Shown piece after piece: positions 49,197 to 58,738 of a stretch of 64,000 nucleotides of DNA. Each line of letters starts with the position of its first letter. Positions within the stretch are counted from its first letter, which is position 1. The notes beneath the pieces are model-generated. The model saw only the letters and a list, made by a program, of their open reading frames with translations. It had not been told where the DNA came from and did not search any database. Position numbers and translations under genes: made by a program. Source of the stretch: an uncultured Phycisphaerales bacterium (lineage in GTDB: Bacteria; Planctomycetota; Phycisphaerae; Sedimentisphaerales; Anaerobacaceae); NCBI GenBank assembly GCA_963718665.1, contig OY970359.1, forward strand, positions 1,696,001-1,760,000. Direction: 5' to 3'.

Positions 49197-50252
49197 GTGG
49201 CTGGTTCGAGCGAAATAACGACGGTTGATACGAGTTATCAATTTCTGGCGTGCCAGTATATCAAGACGCAGATACGTGAGTTGAGCCGGCATCTGCGAGG
49301 TGCCCGGCTTGCGCGGGATACCGAGTATGTTCACCAGGCCCGGGTCGCTTCTCGCCGGCTGCGGGCGGCGCTGGGGATGTTTAGCGGGTGTTTTCCCGGT
49401 GCGCGGATGAAAAAATGGCAAAAGCAGATTAAACAGCTGACCAGCCGGCTTGGCGCAGCCAGAGACGCCGACGTGCAGATTGAGTTTCTCAAGGATTTCA
49501 TATCGAAAATTCCCCCCGCGGGCAAGGGCTTGAGGCCCGGGCTGCGAAGGGTAATGCTGCGGGTAAAACAGAAACGCAACCGTATCCAGCCAAAAATCGT
49601 TAAGGTCTTAAACCGCATAAAAAAAGACGGGACCATATTGGATATGCGTGCGGAAATGAAACGCACCGAAAGACGGCTGTCCCAGCAGAATATTGATATT
49701 CGCAGCCCGTATGTTTTTGAAGAGGCCAGAAGGCATATCGAAGGGCGGCTCGAAGGATTACTTTCCTGCCAGAAGTGTCTTGAGAACGCAGACGATAAGG
49801 CGGGACATCACCAGATGAGAATCGCCGCCAAACGGCTGCGTTATACGCTGGAGATTTGCAATCTACCTTTTGAAAGACGGCTAAGCGCCAATATCGAGAT
49901 TATGAAGAGGATGCAGTCGCTTCTTGGCAGGGTACACGATTGCGACGTGTGGCTTGAAGACCTTGCGAAGTTCACCGGCAAGGAGAAAAAGCGGACGGTC
50001 AAATACTTCGGCAGCGAAAGGGCGTTTGGCCGGCTAAGACCGGGAATTGAATATCTTGTAGGACGTCGGCACGCCGACAGGGAATTGTTCTTCGAGAGGA
50101 GCAGGGCATTGTGGAGGGAAATCACCGAGGCGGCTTTGCCGGATAATCTTCGCGCGATGATTCAAACACCCTCCTCACGGTCGCAGCGTGCTTCAGGGAT
50201 TGATAAGAAAGCGGCTTCACGGGACAACAGCCGATGCGAAAAAAAGAAATAA
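49197..50252 (+). CDS. CHAD-domain (polyphosphate-binding) protein
   Basis: VHQARVASRRLR, LGAARDADV, HQMRIAAKRLRY, LGRVHDCDV; start uncertain. Confidence 0.9.
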   Translation: MAGSSEITTVDTSYQFLACQYIKTQIRELSRHLRGARLARDTEYVHQARVASRRLRAALGMFSGCFPGARMKKWQKQIKQLTSRLGAARDADVQIEFLKDFISKIPPAGKGLRPGLRRVMLRVKQKRNRIQPKIVKVLNRIKKDGTILDMRAEMKRTERRLSQQNIDIRSPYVFEEARRHIEGRLEGLLSCQKCLENADDKAGHHQMRIAAKRLRYTLEICNLPFERRLSANIEIMKRMQSLLGRVHDCDVWLEDLAKFTGKEKKRTVKYFGSERAFGRLRPGIEYLVGRRHADRELFFERSRALWREITEAALPDNLRAMIQTPSSRSQRASGIDKKAASRDNSRCEKKK

Positions 50253-50866
50253 TAGCTGCGATTGTCAGCGACGTGCACGGCAATTTGCCCGCGCTGGAGG
50301 CGGTGCTTGCCCTGGCAAGGAAATGCAACTATGAGCGGGAACATACCCATCAGGTTGAAAAACTGGCGTTGCAGCTTTTCGATCAACTCGTTGAGCTGCA
50401 TCACTTAGGAGGCCGGGAGAGGTTTATGCTTCGCTGCGGCGCTTTGCTTCACGACATCGGCTGGATTGAGGGTAAGCAGGGACATCACAAGACCGCCCTG
50501 AGAATTATTATGGAAAACGCCGCCCTGCCGTTTGATTTTCGTGACAAAAGCATCATTGCTCTTCTGGCACGATATCACCGCAAGACCTTGCCAAAGGAAC
50601 AGCACACTTATTTTCGAGACCTTGACACAAAAGACCGGGATATGGTCCGCAAACTGGCGGGCATATTGAGAGTTGCCGACGGGCTAGACCGGACGCACCG
50701 AAGCATGACCAAGGATATAATCTGCCGGGTTGGTAAAAAGCAGGTAAAAATGATATGTAACTCGAAAGAGCCGCTGGATGCCGAGTTTGATGCAGCAAAA
50801 GACAAAGGTGTGCTTTTTGAAGATATATTCGCCAGAAAACTGGTGTTCGAACGCGTGACGTGTTGA
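50234..50866 (+). CDS. HD-domain protein with an N-terminal metallophosphoesterase stub
   Basis: SDVHGNLPALEAVL directly followed by HTHQV..LLHDIG..ARYHRK..LRVADGLD. Confidence 0.8.
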   Translation: MRKKEIIAAIVSDVHGNLPALEAVLALARKCNYEREHTHQVEKLALQLFDQLVELHHLGGRERFMLRCGALLHDIGWIEGKQGHHKTALRIIMENAALPFDFRDKSIIALLARYHRKTLPKEQHTYFRDLDTKDRDMVRKLAGILRVADGLDRTHRSMTKDIICRVGKKQVKMICNSKEPLDAEFDAAKDKGVLFEDIFARKLVFERVTC

Positions 50867-50926
50867 TAATTGATTATAGGCCTTTTTGGCTTTAACGGAT
50901 TTAAGCTTTAGGTTATGAGGGTTAAG

Positions 50927-52489
50927 ATGAACCCTGTGAAAAAAACAAATCAGCAGCCCCCCGGTATCAGGACGCTTGGGGCGATAGATATCGGGTCGAA
51001 CTCGATACGAATGGCGATTGCACAGGCGATGCCCGATGGCCGGATAGAGATATTGGAGCGATTGCAACGAGGAGTGCGCCTGGGGCAGGACACGTTCCGC
51101 ACTGGCAGAATCAAAGGGACAACAATGCGGGCGGCAGTTCTGATTCTTCGGGATTTCATGAACGTGTTGAAATTGTATAACACTGACGTCGTTAAGGTGG
51201 TAGCGACCAGCGCGGTGCGTGAGGCAGGCAACTCTGACGCGTTTCTGGACCGTATCCTGATAGCGACTGGATTCGAGGTGGACATTATAAGCTCTTCCGA
51301 TGAAAGCCGGCTGACGGTCGCCGCGGTCCGCCAGGAGGTGGGCAGGAGACAATTAGCAAAACAAGGCTCGGTGATTGTTGAGGTGGGCGGAGGCAGCACC
51401 GAAATTAACGTCCTTCGCAAAGGACAAATTGCCGCGTCGCGTAATCTTGCGATAGGGTCAATCCGTCTGCAGGAACTTCTTTCTACCAGCACCGAGTCGG
51501 CAGACCGGGCGTCGGATATGATACGCCAGCAGGTGGCAGGCGTCATATCGTCGATGAAAGGATTGCTGCGACTCGGACAGGTCAGGAGCTTTTATGCCGT
51601 CGGAGGGGACGCTAGGTGGGCCGCCGAACGCGCAGGCAGAAATACAAAAATTGCAAACCTTCGCTCCGTTTCGAGAGGAGACCTCGATAAATTAGTCAGC
51701 AAGAGCAGGCATTATACGGCGGACAAATTAAGCAGGATGTACGGGCTGTCTTTCAGCGAAGCGGAAACGCTGATTCCGGCGCTGCTTGTTTACCAGGTGC
51801 TGCTGAGGTCAACGGGGGCGAAAGAAATTATCGTATCGAATGTGTCGATGCGTGATGGCTTGCTTCTTGACCTTGCTCAGCAGGCGGCCGGTTCGGTCGA
51901 GGAATCAGCATACGCAGATATAATCCGCTCGGCGACGTCGATGGCGAAAAAATACGGCGTAGATTTGAAACACGCAATACACACGCGGCAAACTTCAGTG
52001 CGCCTCTTCGATGAGCTTGCGGCTGAGCACGTACTGGACAAAAGGTATCGGCTGCTTCTTGAAGTGGCGGCGCTGCTTCACGAAATCGGAACTTTTGTGT
52101 CGGGCAGAGCATATCATAAGCACAGTTTTTATCTTATCGCCAATTCTGAGATTTCAGGGCTGACGCAGGAGGAGCTTCAGCTTGTGGCGCACGTCGCGAG
52201 ATATCACAGGCGAAGTAGACCAAAGCCGGCGCATATCGAATATATGGCGCTGCCTCGGGAAAGAAGAATGACAATCAACAAGCTGACGGCGTTATTGCGG
52301 GTCGCCGACGCCCTCGATGCCAGCAGGACGCAGCACGTCCGGAATATCAAATGCAGGATAAGTGATGAATACCTGCAAATCATCTCACCTACGACGGCGG
52401 ATGTCAGTTTGGAGGAGCGGATGCTGGCGATGCAAGGGGATTTGTTCGAGGATATTTACGGGTTGCAGGTTCGGCTGGAAAGAGAATAG
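50927..52489 (+). CDS. ppx: Exopolyphosphatase Ppx/GppA
   Basis: IDIGSNSIR, ATSAVREA, EVGGGSTE; C-terminal HD-like domain. Confidence 0.93.
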   Translation: MNPVKKTNQQPPGIRTLGAIDIGSNSIRMAIAQAMPDGRIEILERLQRGVRLGQDTFRTGRIKGTTMRAAVLILRDFMNVLKLYNTDVVKVVATSAVREAGNSDAFLDRILIATGFEVDIISSSDESRLTVAAVRQEVGRRQLAKQGSVIVEVGGGSTEINVLRKGQIAASRNLAIGSIRLQELLSTSTESADRASDMIRQQVAGVISSMKGLLRLGQVRSFYAVGGDARWAAERAGRNTKIANLRSVSRGDLDKLVSKSRHYTADKLSRMYGLSFSEAETLIPALLVYQVLLRSTGAKEIIVSNVSMRDGLLLDLAQQAAGSVEESAYADIIRSATSMAKKYGVDLKHAIHTRQTSVRLFDELAAEHVLDKRYRLLLEVAALLHEIGTFVSGRAYHKHSFYLIANSEISGLTQEELQLVAHVARYHRRSRPKPAHIEYMALPRERRMTINKLTALLRVADALDASRTQHVRNIKCRISDEYLQIISPTTADVSLEERMLAMQGDLFEDIYGLQVRLERE

Positions 52490-52498
52490 GTGAACGCT

Positions 52499-54607
52499 AT
52501 GGGCAGACAAAAGGATTTAAAATCGCCTAAGTTGCTGATAAACCGCGAAGTTAGCTGGCTCGAATTCAATAACCGTGTGCTGCAGGAGGGGCTTCGCGAC
52601 GACCTTGCTTTGGCGGAACGGCTGAAATTCCTGTCGATAGTCAGCTCCAACCTCGACGAGTATTTTATGATTCGTGTGGCGGGCCTGATGCAGCAGCGTA
52701 TAAATGCCCCAAGGGCACTTGACCCGAGCGGTATGACCGCCAAATCACAGCTCGACTTGATAAACAAACGTGTTCACAAAATGGTTGCAGAACAGACGGC
52801 GGGCATCAGGGACGTTTTTGGCAAACTTGCCCAGAATAGTTTTCACGTTTTGTCGCGGGCGGACTGGAACGACGAGCAGGCCGAATTCCTGCGGCAGCAT
52901 TTCAATAACGAGATACTGCCCGTTTTGACGCCTGTGGCAATTGAGGGGCTGAATCCCGCTCCTGTGCTGCCGGGATTGCAGTTATTTGTGGCATTCTCGA
53001 TAAGCACGGGCAGGGCAAGGACGAAAATCGTCGCGGTGCCTGTTCCCGGTCTTTTCCAGAGGTTTGTAAATATACCCACCGAAGACGACACATTTGTAAC
53101 GCCCGTCGAGGAGGTTATAGCCGCAAATGCACAGACGCTGTTCGGAGACGGCAGAATAGTATCAGCGGCGTATTTCCGAATCACGCGGGACGCGGACGTA
53201 TCAATTCAGGAAGATGAGGCGGCGGATTTGCTAAGCACGATAGCACGTGCTGTGCGAGAACGAAGAAGGCGTGCCGCTGTTCGGCTGGAGATATCAGCCA
53301 GTGCGGAACCGAGGATGAAACGATGGTTGACCAAGTTTTTGAATCTGGGCAGCCAGGATATTTATGAAGTGGATGGTTTGCTTAACGCTTCGGGGATAAT
53401 GCAGTTAGTTGATTTGCTGCCGTCAGAGGAAATGAAGTCGCCTGGCTGGCCTGAGCAGCCGGTGAGAGATCTCAACGACAGCGATGACCTTTGGGCGACG
53501 ATACAGGAAAAAGACGTTCTGTTGTTTCACCCTTATGAGAGTTTCGAGCCGGTGATGAAGTTCGTGGATGAGGCGGCCAACGACCCTAATGTGCTGGCAA
53601 TAAAGCAGACGTTATACCGGACAAGCGGTAAATCTCCTCTTGTCCAGTCGCTCGCCAGTGCTGCCGAAAGCGGCAAAGAGGTTACTGTTCTTGTCGAGCT
53701 TAAGGCCAGATTCGATGAGTCACGAAACGTCAATTGGGCGCTCGAGCTGGAGGATGCTGGCTGTCACGTTATCTACGGCATCGCCAGGTTAAAGACGCAC
53801 GCCAAGGCAATGCTTATTGTACGTCGCGAGCAGGGATGTATAAGGCGATACGCGCATCTTTCAACCGGTAACTACAACGACCGCACGGCTAAGTTGTATT
53901 CCGATATCGGCCTTATGACCTGTAACCCCGATATTACGGCGGACGTGGCGGCGTTTTTCAATTTGCTGACCGGGCAGTCGGAAACGGTTGGCTGGAAACA
54001 ATTAACCATCGCACCGACGAACCTGCGGCAAAAATTCCTCGACCTTATTGACCGCGAAATTCAGGCGTCAACGCCGGGCGACAGGGGACTGATTATCGCC
54101 AAGCTAAACGCGTTGCAGGACCCGGTGATTTGCCAGGCACTGTATCGCGCAAGCCAGGCGGGCGTGCGAGTGAAACTGAACATCCGCGGTATATGTGTCC
54201 TGAGGCCGGGGATAAAGAAGGTCTCGGATAATATCGAGGTGCGGTCGATATTAGACAGGTATCTCGAACATTCGAGAATTTATTATTTCCGCAATGGCGG
54301 GCACGAGGAAATTTACCTAAGTTCCGCCGACTGGATGCGAAGAAATCTTGACCGCCGGCTGGAGATTCTCTTTCCCGTTCTGGACGGTAGGGCCAGGGCA
54401 CGCGTTATGGATATGCTTAAGACATTCTTCGATGACAACGTGCAGTCGTGGCAGCTCCTACCCGATGGCACTTACAAACGTGTATCCCATCACGGCAAGA
54501 AGATACGTGCTCAGGAGAAGTTCTACCAGGACGCCGTCGATGCCGCATCAGCGGCCTACCACATAAAACCGAGGTTCCGACCATTAAGCCGGCCTGACAA
54601 GCAATAG
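52499..54607 (+). CDS. ppk1: Polyphosphate kinase 1
   Basis: NREVSWLEFN.RVL, SNLDEYFMIRVAGL, IKQTLYRT, ELKARFDE, KTHAK, YLEHSR. Confidence 0.97.
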   Translation: MGRQKDLKSPKLLINREVSWLEFNNRVLQEGLRDDLALAERLKFLSIVSSNLDEYFMIRVAGLMQQRINAPRALDPSGMTAKSQLDLINKRVHKMVAEQTAGIRDVFGKLAQNSFHVLSRADWNDEQAEFLRQHFNNEILPVLTPVAIEGLNPAPVLPGLQLFVAFSISTGRARTKIVAVPVPGLFQRFVNIPTEDDTFVTPVEEVIAANAQTLFGDGRIVSAAYFRITRDADVSIQEDEAADLLSTIARAVRERRRRAAVRLEISASAEPRMKRWLTKFLNLGSQDIYEVDGLLNASGIMQLVDLLPSEEMKSPGWPEQPVRDLNDSDDLWATIQEKDVLLFHPYESFEPVMKFVDEAANDPNVLAIKQTLYRTSGKSPLVQSLASAAESGKEVTVLVELKARFDESRNVNWALELEDAGCHVIYGIARLKTHAKAMLIVRREQGCIRRYAHLSTGNYNDRTAKLYSDIGLMTCNPDITADVAAFFNLLTGQSETVGWKQLTIAPTNLRQKFLDLIDREIQASTPGDRGLIIAKLNALQDPVICQALYRASQAGVRVKLNIRGICVLRPGIKKVSDNIEVRSILDRYLEHSRIYYFRNGGHEEIYLSSADWMRRNLDRRLEILFPVLDGRARARVMDMLKTFFDDNVQSWQLLPDGTYKRVSHHGKKIRAQEKFYQDAVDAASAAYHIKPRFRPLSRPDKQ

Positions 54608-54746
54608 TCGAGTGTTAAAAACTTAACACTGAACTAACTTGACACGCTATCGCGCAGCCCATAAGTTCTCTGGTTGTAGTTAAGAAAATCACGGACGCAT
54701 AAAAAGTAGTGTTCTGAATTACGTCTGATTACTGAAAGGACGCAGC

Positions 54747-54992
54747 ATGCACGTCGTCAAATTTGTCAGAACGATAGGGGCTTGTCAGGAGGAGTATGGG
54801 CGGATAAGGTTTGATGGCAAGAAAATATACTTCGACGGTCTGACCTGCATTTTTCAAAAGTATCTTGAGAAAGGGATTCTGGGTTCTGACAACAGGATCT
54901 ATATACCCGCCGATGGAATTCAGTTCCTCAGCAACCTCAAACATCACTTTGTCCAAGATTCCTTGATGGCAACCGATGTGGTTGAAGGATAA
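54747..54992 (+). CDS. Small hypothetical protein (81 aa)
   Basis: AAAGGA RBS; TAAC repeats at 11-bp spacing upstream (54624, 54635). Confidence 0.6.
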   Translation: MHVVKFVRTIGACQEEYGRIRFDGKKIYFDGLTCIFQKYLEKGILGSDNRIYIPADGIQFLSNLKHHFVQDSLMATDVVEG

Positions 54993-55310
54993 ATTGGTCA
55001 AGCAATCTCAACGGTGTCAAAAAAGTGTCAGTCGCCAGATGATCCGAACGATTCTTTCAACTTTCTAATCGTGTATGGCCCTTAGATAGGAATGCTTATG
55101 CTCGTCAAAACTATGTAACTTTTTGTTGGCTTAACGGGGGAAATTACGGTAGTATCAAGGCCGAAAGTGGGTCACTGAGTGGGTCAGTCGCCACGTGATG
55201 GCAGCTTGTTATTAAGTTCTCAGTAACTTGTCATTCACTTGTAAACCTCGGTTTGACCCAAAAAACAGGCTTTAACTAATGCTGAAACAAGCACTTATAT
55301 GCAGACAACA

Positions 55311-55357
55311 GGCTTCCCAAGCCGAATGCCGTGGGTTCGAATCCCATCGCCCGCTGT
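55311..55357 (+). repeat. attR: copy of the tRNA-Gly 3' part
   Basis: Identical to 25821-25867; no 5' tRNA half. Confidence 0.92.
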
Positions 55358-55423
55358 TGCGTTTATGTCGCTAATTTACTCAATTATTTTATTAACTACT
55401 ACACTGTAAGGAGACAATATAAA

Positions 55424-56464
55424 ATGTTTCGCCCCTCTACATTATTAGCTGCCGCTCTACTAATTGTTTTATTTGCGGCCTGCGCATCATATGCCGCCAC
55501 AGATGTGAATTTAAATGACCCGTTTGCCGTCAACAAGTTGATTGGCCGGGGCGTCAATATAGGCAATGCTCTCGACAGGGAAGTGGAATTAGACGACGAA
55601 TGGAGCTGGATCGTAAAGGATGAACACTTCCAGCTAATAAAAGACGCCGGCTTTAATTCTGTTCGGCTTACGGTTCGCTGGTCAACCCGTACGATGGATA
55701 AGCCGCCATATACTATCGACCCGAATTTCTTAAAACGAGTTGACCAGGCCGTGAACAGTGCTCTGTCGCGTAATCTTGCTGTAGTAATAAACTATCAAAA
55801 CTACTTTGAGTTTTATCGTGACGCCAATGGTCTCAAACCTAAATTCCTCGCTACATGGGAACAGCTCGCCGAACACTACAAAGGTTATCCCAACACCCTG
55901 CTCTTCGAGCTTCTCAATGAGCCGCAGGGGCAAATTGGAACGGGCGAATGGAATGCTCTTATTAGAGAGACACTTGCTATTGTCCGTAAGACAAATCCAA
56001 ACAGAACGGTGATAATCGGGCCGGCCAATTTCAACGGCATCGCCGGCCTGAGGTTCCTTAAGCTGCCTGAGGATGACAGGAATATCATCCTGACCTTTCA
56101 TTATTATGAGCCCTATCATTTTACACATCAGGGCACAAGATGGACGGCTGACTCCAATAACTGGATAGGAACAAAATGGGAGGGGACAGACGCGGAAAGA
56201 AAAACCATAAAAAAGGACTTTGGCCAGGTGGCAAGCTGGGCCAATGCCCGTAATCGCCCAGTTTATCTCGGTGAATTCGGCTCTTATGAAAAGGCGGATA
56301 TGGATTCCCGCGTCCGCTGGACCAAATGCATCGCCGACGAGGCGGTCGCACACGGATTCAGCTTCACGTACTGGCAGTTCACGTATAATATGGCAGTTTA
56401 CGACAGGCAAACGAAAACATGGGTAAAACCGCTGCTCGATGCACTTATTCCGCCGAAAGAATAG
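55424..56464 (+). CDS. Glycoside hydrolase family 5 (close homolog of 25934-26974)
   Basis: Same length and motifs: NEP, THQG, GEFG. Confidence 0.92.
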   Translation: MFRPSTLLAAALLIVLFAACASYAATDVNLNDPFAVNKLIGRGVNIGNALDREVELDDEWSWIVKDEHFQLIKDAGFNSVRLTVRWSTRTMDKPPYTIDPNFLKRVDQAVNSALSRNLAVVINYQNYFEFYRDANGLKPKFLATWEQLAEHYKGYPNTLLFELLNEPQGQIGTGEWNALIRETLAIVRKTNPNRTVIIGPANFNGIAGLRFLKLPEDDRNIILTFHYYEPYHFTHQGTRWTADSNNWIGTKWEGTDAERKTIKKDFGQVASWANARNRPVYLGEFGSYEKADMDSRVRWTKCIADEAVAHGFSFTYWQFTYNMAVYDRQTKTWVKPLLDALIPPKE

Positions 56465-56488
56465 AATTATATCGTTGGGGAAAAAAAT

Positions 56489-57611
56489 ATGTTGGGAATG
56501 ACCAGACCATACGTGTTAGTTGCATTAGGAATAATTTTGTTCGGAGCGGCTTGTGTCGCAGCCGCGGAACCCAATGCCCCATCGACGAAACCGGACCCAT
56601 TCAAAATGAATAAACTGCTTGGCAGGGGAGTAAATATCGGCAACGCACTCGAAGCACCAAACGAAGGTGACTGGGGTGTCGTGGTCAAAGAAGAGTATTT
56701 CGATATCATCAAACAGGCCGGTTTCAATTCGGTTCGCCTGCCCGTGAACTGGTCGGGCCACGCGCTCAAGGAAAAACCTTACACCATTAACCCCGAATTT
56801 TTCAAACGGGTTGACACAATTATAAACTGGGCTGTTTCGAGGAATATGCCCATAATTATAAACATTCATCAATACAACGAAACATACGATGAGCCGCTGG
56901 CGCAAAAAAGAAAGGTTTCTCGCCCTGTGGAGGCAGATTGCTGAGCATTACAAAAACTACCCCGATATTCTTCTCTTTGAGCCGATGAATGAGCCGAAAA
57001 GAAAGCTGACGCCTGCAATATGGAACGATTACATCAAAGACTTTTTAGGTGTCATTCGCGAATCAAATCCAAACAGAACGGTTGTCATCGGTGCTGCTCG
57101 TGACAGCTGGATTATGTATCTAAAGCTCCTTGAGCTGCCTGAAAACGACCGCAACATCATCGTCAGTGTTCATCACTATTTCCCGCACGCGTTCACACAT
57201 CAGAGTACGCCCTGGATGAATCCTGAAAAAGTCGCCAGGACTGTTGCAGATATGAAATTCATTGGTCAGGACCCCAATTCAAACGGCATTAACGATTACA
57301 ATGCGTGGCCGGGCACGAAATGGATGGGAACACCCCAAGAAAAGAAATATATGACCGATATATTTGACTTCGGCGCCGCCTGGGGAAAGGAACACAATCG
57401 CCCGATTAACTTAGGCGAGTTCGGCTCTTACTATAAAGCCGATATGGAGTCCCGCGTCCGCTGGACAAAGTTCATCGCTGATACTGCGGCCGAGCGCGGC
57501 ATGAGCTTAATGTACTGGGAATTCTGTGCACAGGAATTCGGTCTGTATGACAGGGACGCGAAATCCTGGCGTAAACCCCTTTTAGAGGCAGTTATCCCGC
57601 CCAAACAATAA
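56489..57611 (+). CDS. Glycoside hydrolase family 5; one apparent frameshift
   Basis: Two ORFs join at the A6 run 56904-56909; MNEP, LGEFG. Confidence 0.85.
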
Positions 57612-57630
57612 TTTTTAAGGATTGAATTTT

Positions 57631-58684
57631 ATGGCAAAGATATTGACAGTGATTCTCATTTCTTTTGCGTCCGTCTGCGCAGCCGCCAACGAGCCGAATG
57701 CGACGAGCGGGCCTGACCCATTTAAAATGAACCAGCTTCTGGGTCGCGGCGTGAATTTCGGCAACGCTTTCGATGCGCCAACCGAAGGCGCATGGGGCGT
57801 TGTTCTTCAGGAAGAGTATTTTCAGGCGGCAAAAGACATCGGCTTTGATTCAATCCGGCTGCCGGTCCGCTGGTCGGCTCACGCGATGACCGCGCCGCCT
57901 TATACAATTAGCCCGGAATTTATGAAAAGAGTTGATTGGGCGGTAAACTGCGCATTATCGCGGAAGCTTCCGGTAATGCTTAATATGCACCACTATGGCG
58001 AGCTTTACGCCGACCCGGTTAAGGAAAAGGAAAGATATTTGGCTCTCTGGAAACAAATCGCCGGGCACTTCAAAGATTATCCCAATACCCTCGTTTTTGA
58101 ATTGATGAATGAGCCCCAAAAGGAATTAACGGCAGACCCCTGGAACGAGCGAATGAAAGACGCTCTTGCGGTAATCAGGCAGTCGAATCCGAACAGGACC
58201 CTTGTCATCGGCCCGGCGCACTATAATCAGATTCATTATCTTACGCTTCTCGATATACCCAAAGAAGAACGCAACGTAATCGTTACCATTCACGATTACT
58301 TCCCGCTGACGTTTACTCATCAGGGTGCGGCCTGGCTGAGCAAGGGTGAACCCAATGACTGGCTCGGCACAAAGTGGACAGGCACCGAGGATGAAAAGCA
58401 GGAAATAATCAGGGATTTGGATTACGCGGCCGCCTGGGGGAAGAAAAACAACCGCCCGATTAACCTGGGTGAATTCGGCGCTTACGACAAAGCGGATATG
58501 GATTCCCGCGCGCTGGACAAAGTTTATGGCCGACACCGCAATCGAGCGGGGAATGAGCTTCGATTACTGGGAATTTTGCGCACCGGAATTCGGCTTGTAT
58601 GACCAGAAGACCAAGACCTTCCGCAAGCCATTGCTCGAAGCCGTTTTGCCGCCTGCGGCGAGCAAAGTCGAACCGCCAAAATAA
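57631..58684 (+). CDS. Glycoside hydrolase family 5; one apparent frameshift near the C-terminus
   Basis: MNEP, LGEFG; RWTKF..YWEF continues in another frame after the CG repeat at about 58507-58513. Confidence 0.85.
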
Positions 58685-58701
58685 ATTATTGAGGAAAGAA
58701 G

Positions 58702-58731
58702 GTCAAAAAGGGGTCTGACCCCTTTTTGACT
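58702..58731. repeat. Perfect hairpin (REP-like or bidirectional terminator)
   Basis: GTCAAAAAGGGGTC-t-GACCCCTTTTTGAC. Confidence 0.6.
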
Positions 58732-58738
58732 TTTTGTG

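Larger units (their letters stand above)
25821..55357. mobile_element. Genomic island at tRNA-Gly (attL 25821-25867, attR 55311-55357)
   Basis: 47-bp exact repeat of the tRNA 3' part at an offset of 29,490 bp; internal integrase remnant; arm-like repeats near attR. Confidence 0.8.

Noticed and set aside
55311..55357. Second tRNA-Gly gene
   Set aside because: It lacks the 5' acceptor strand and D-arm, so it is an att remnant
25821..55357. Prophage or conjugative element
   Set aside because: No structural, replication, relaxase or type IV secretion genes
29645..58513. Five frameshifts (about 29650, 31723, 45873, 56906, 58510) as phase variation or pseudogenes
   Set aside because: All lie in very short homopolymer or CG runs with intact coding on both sides, so sequencing or assembly error is the simplest reading; raw reads are needed
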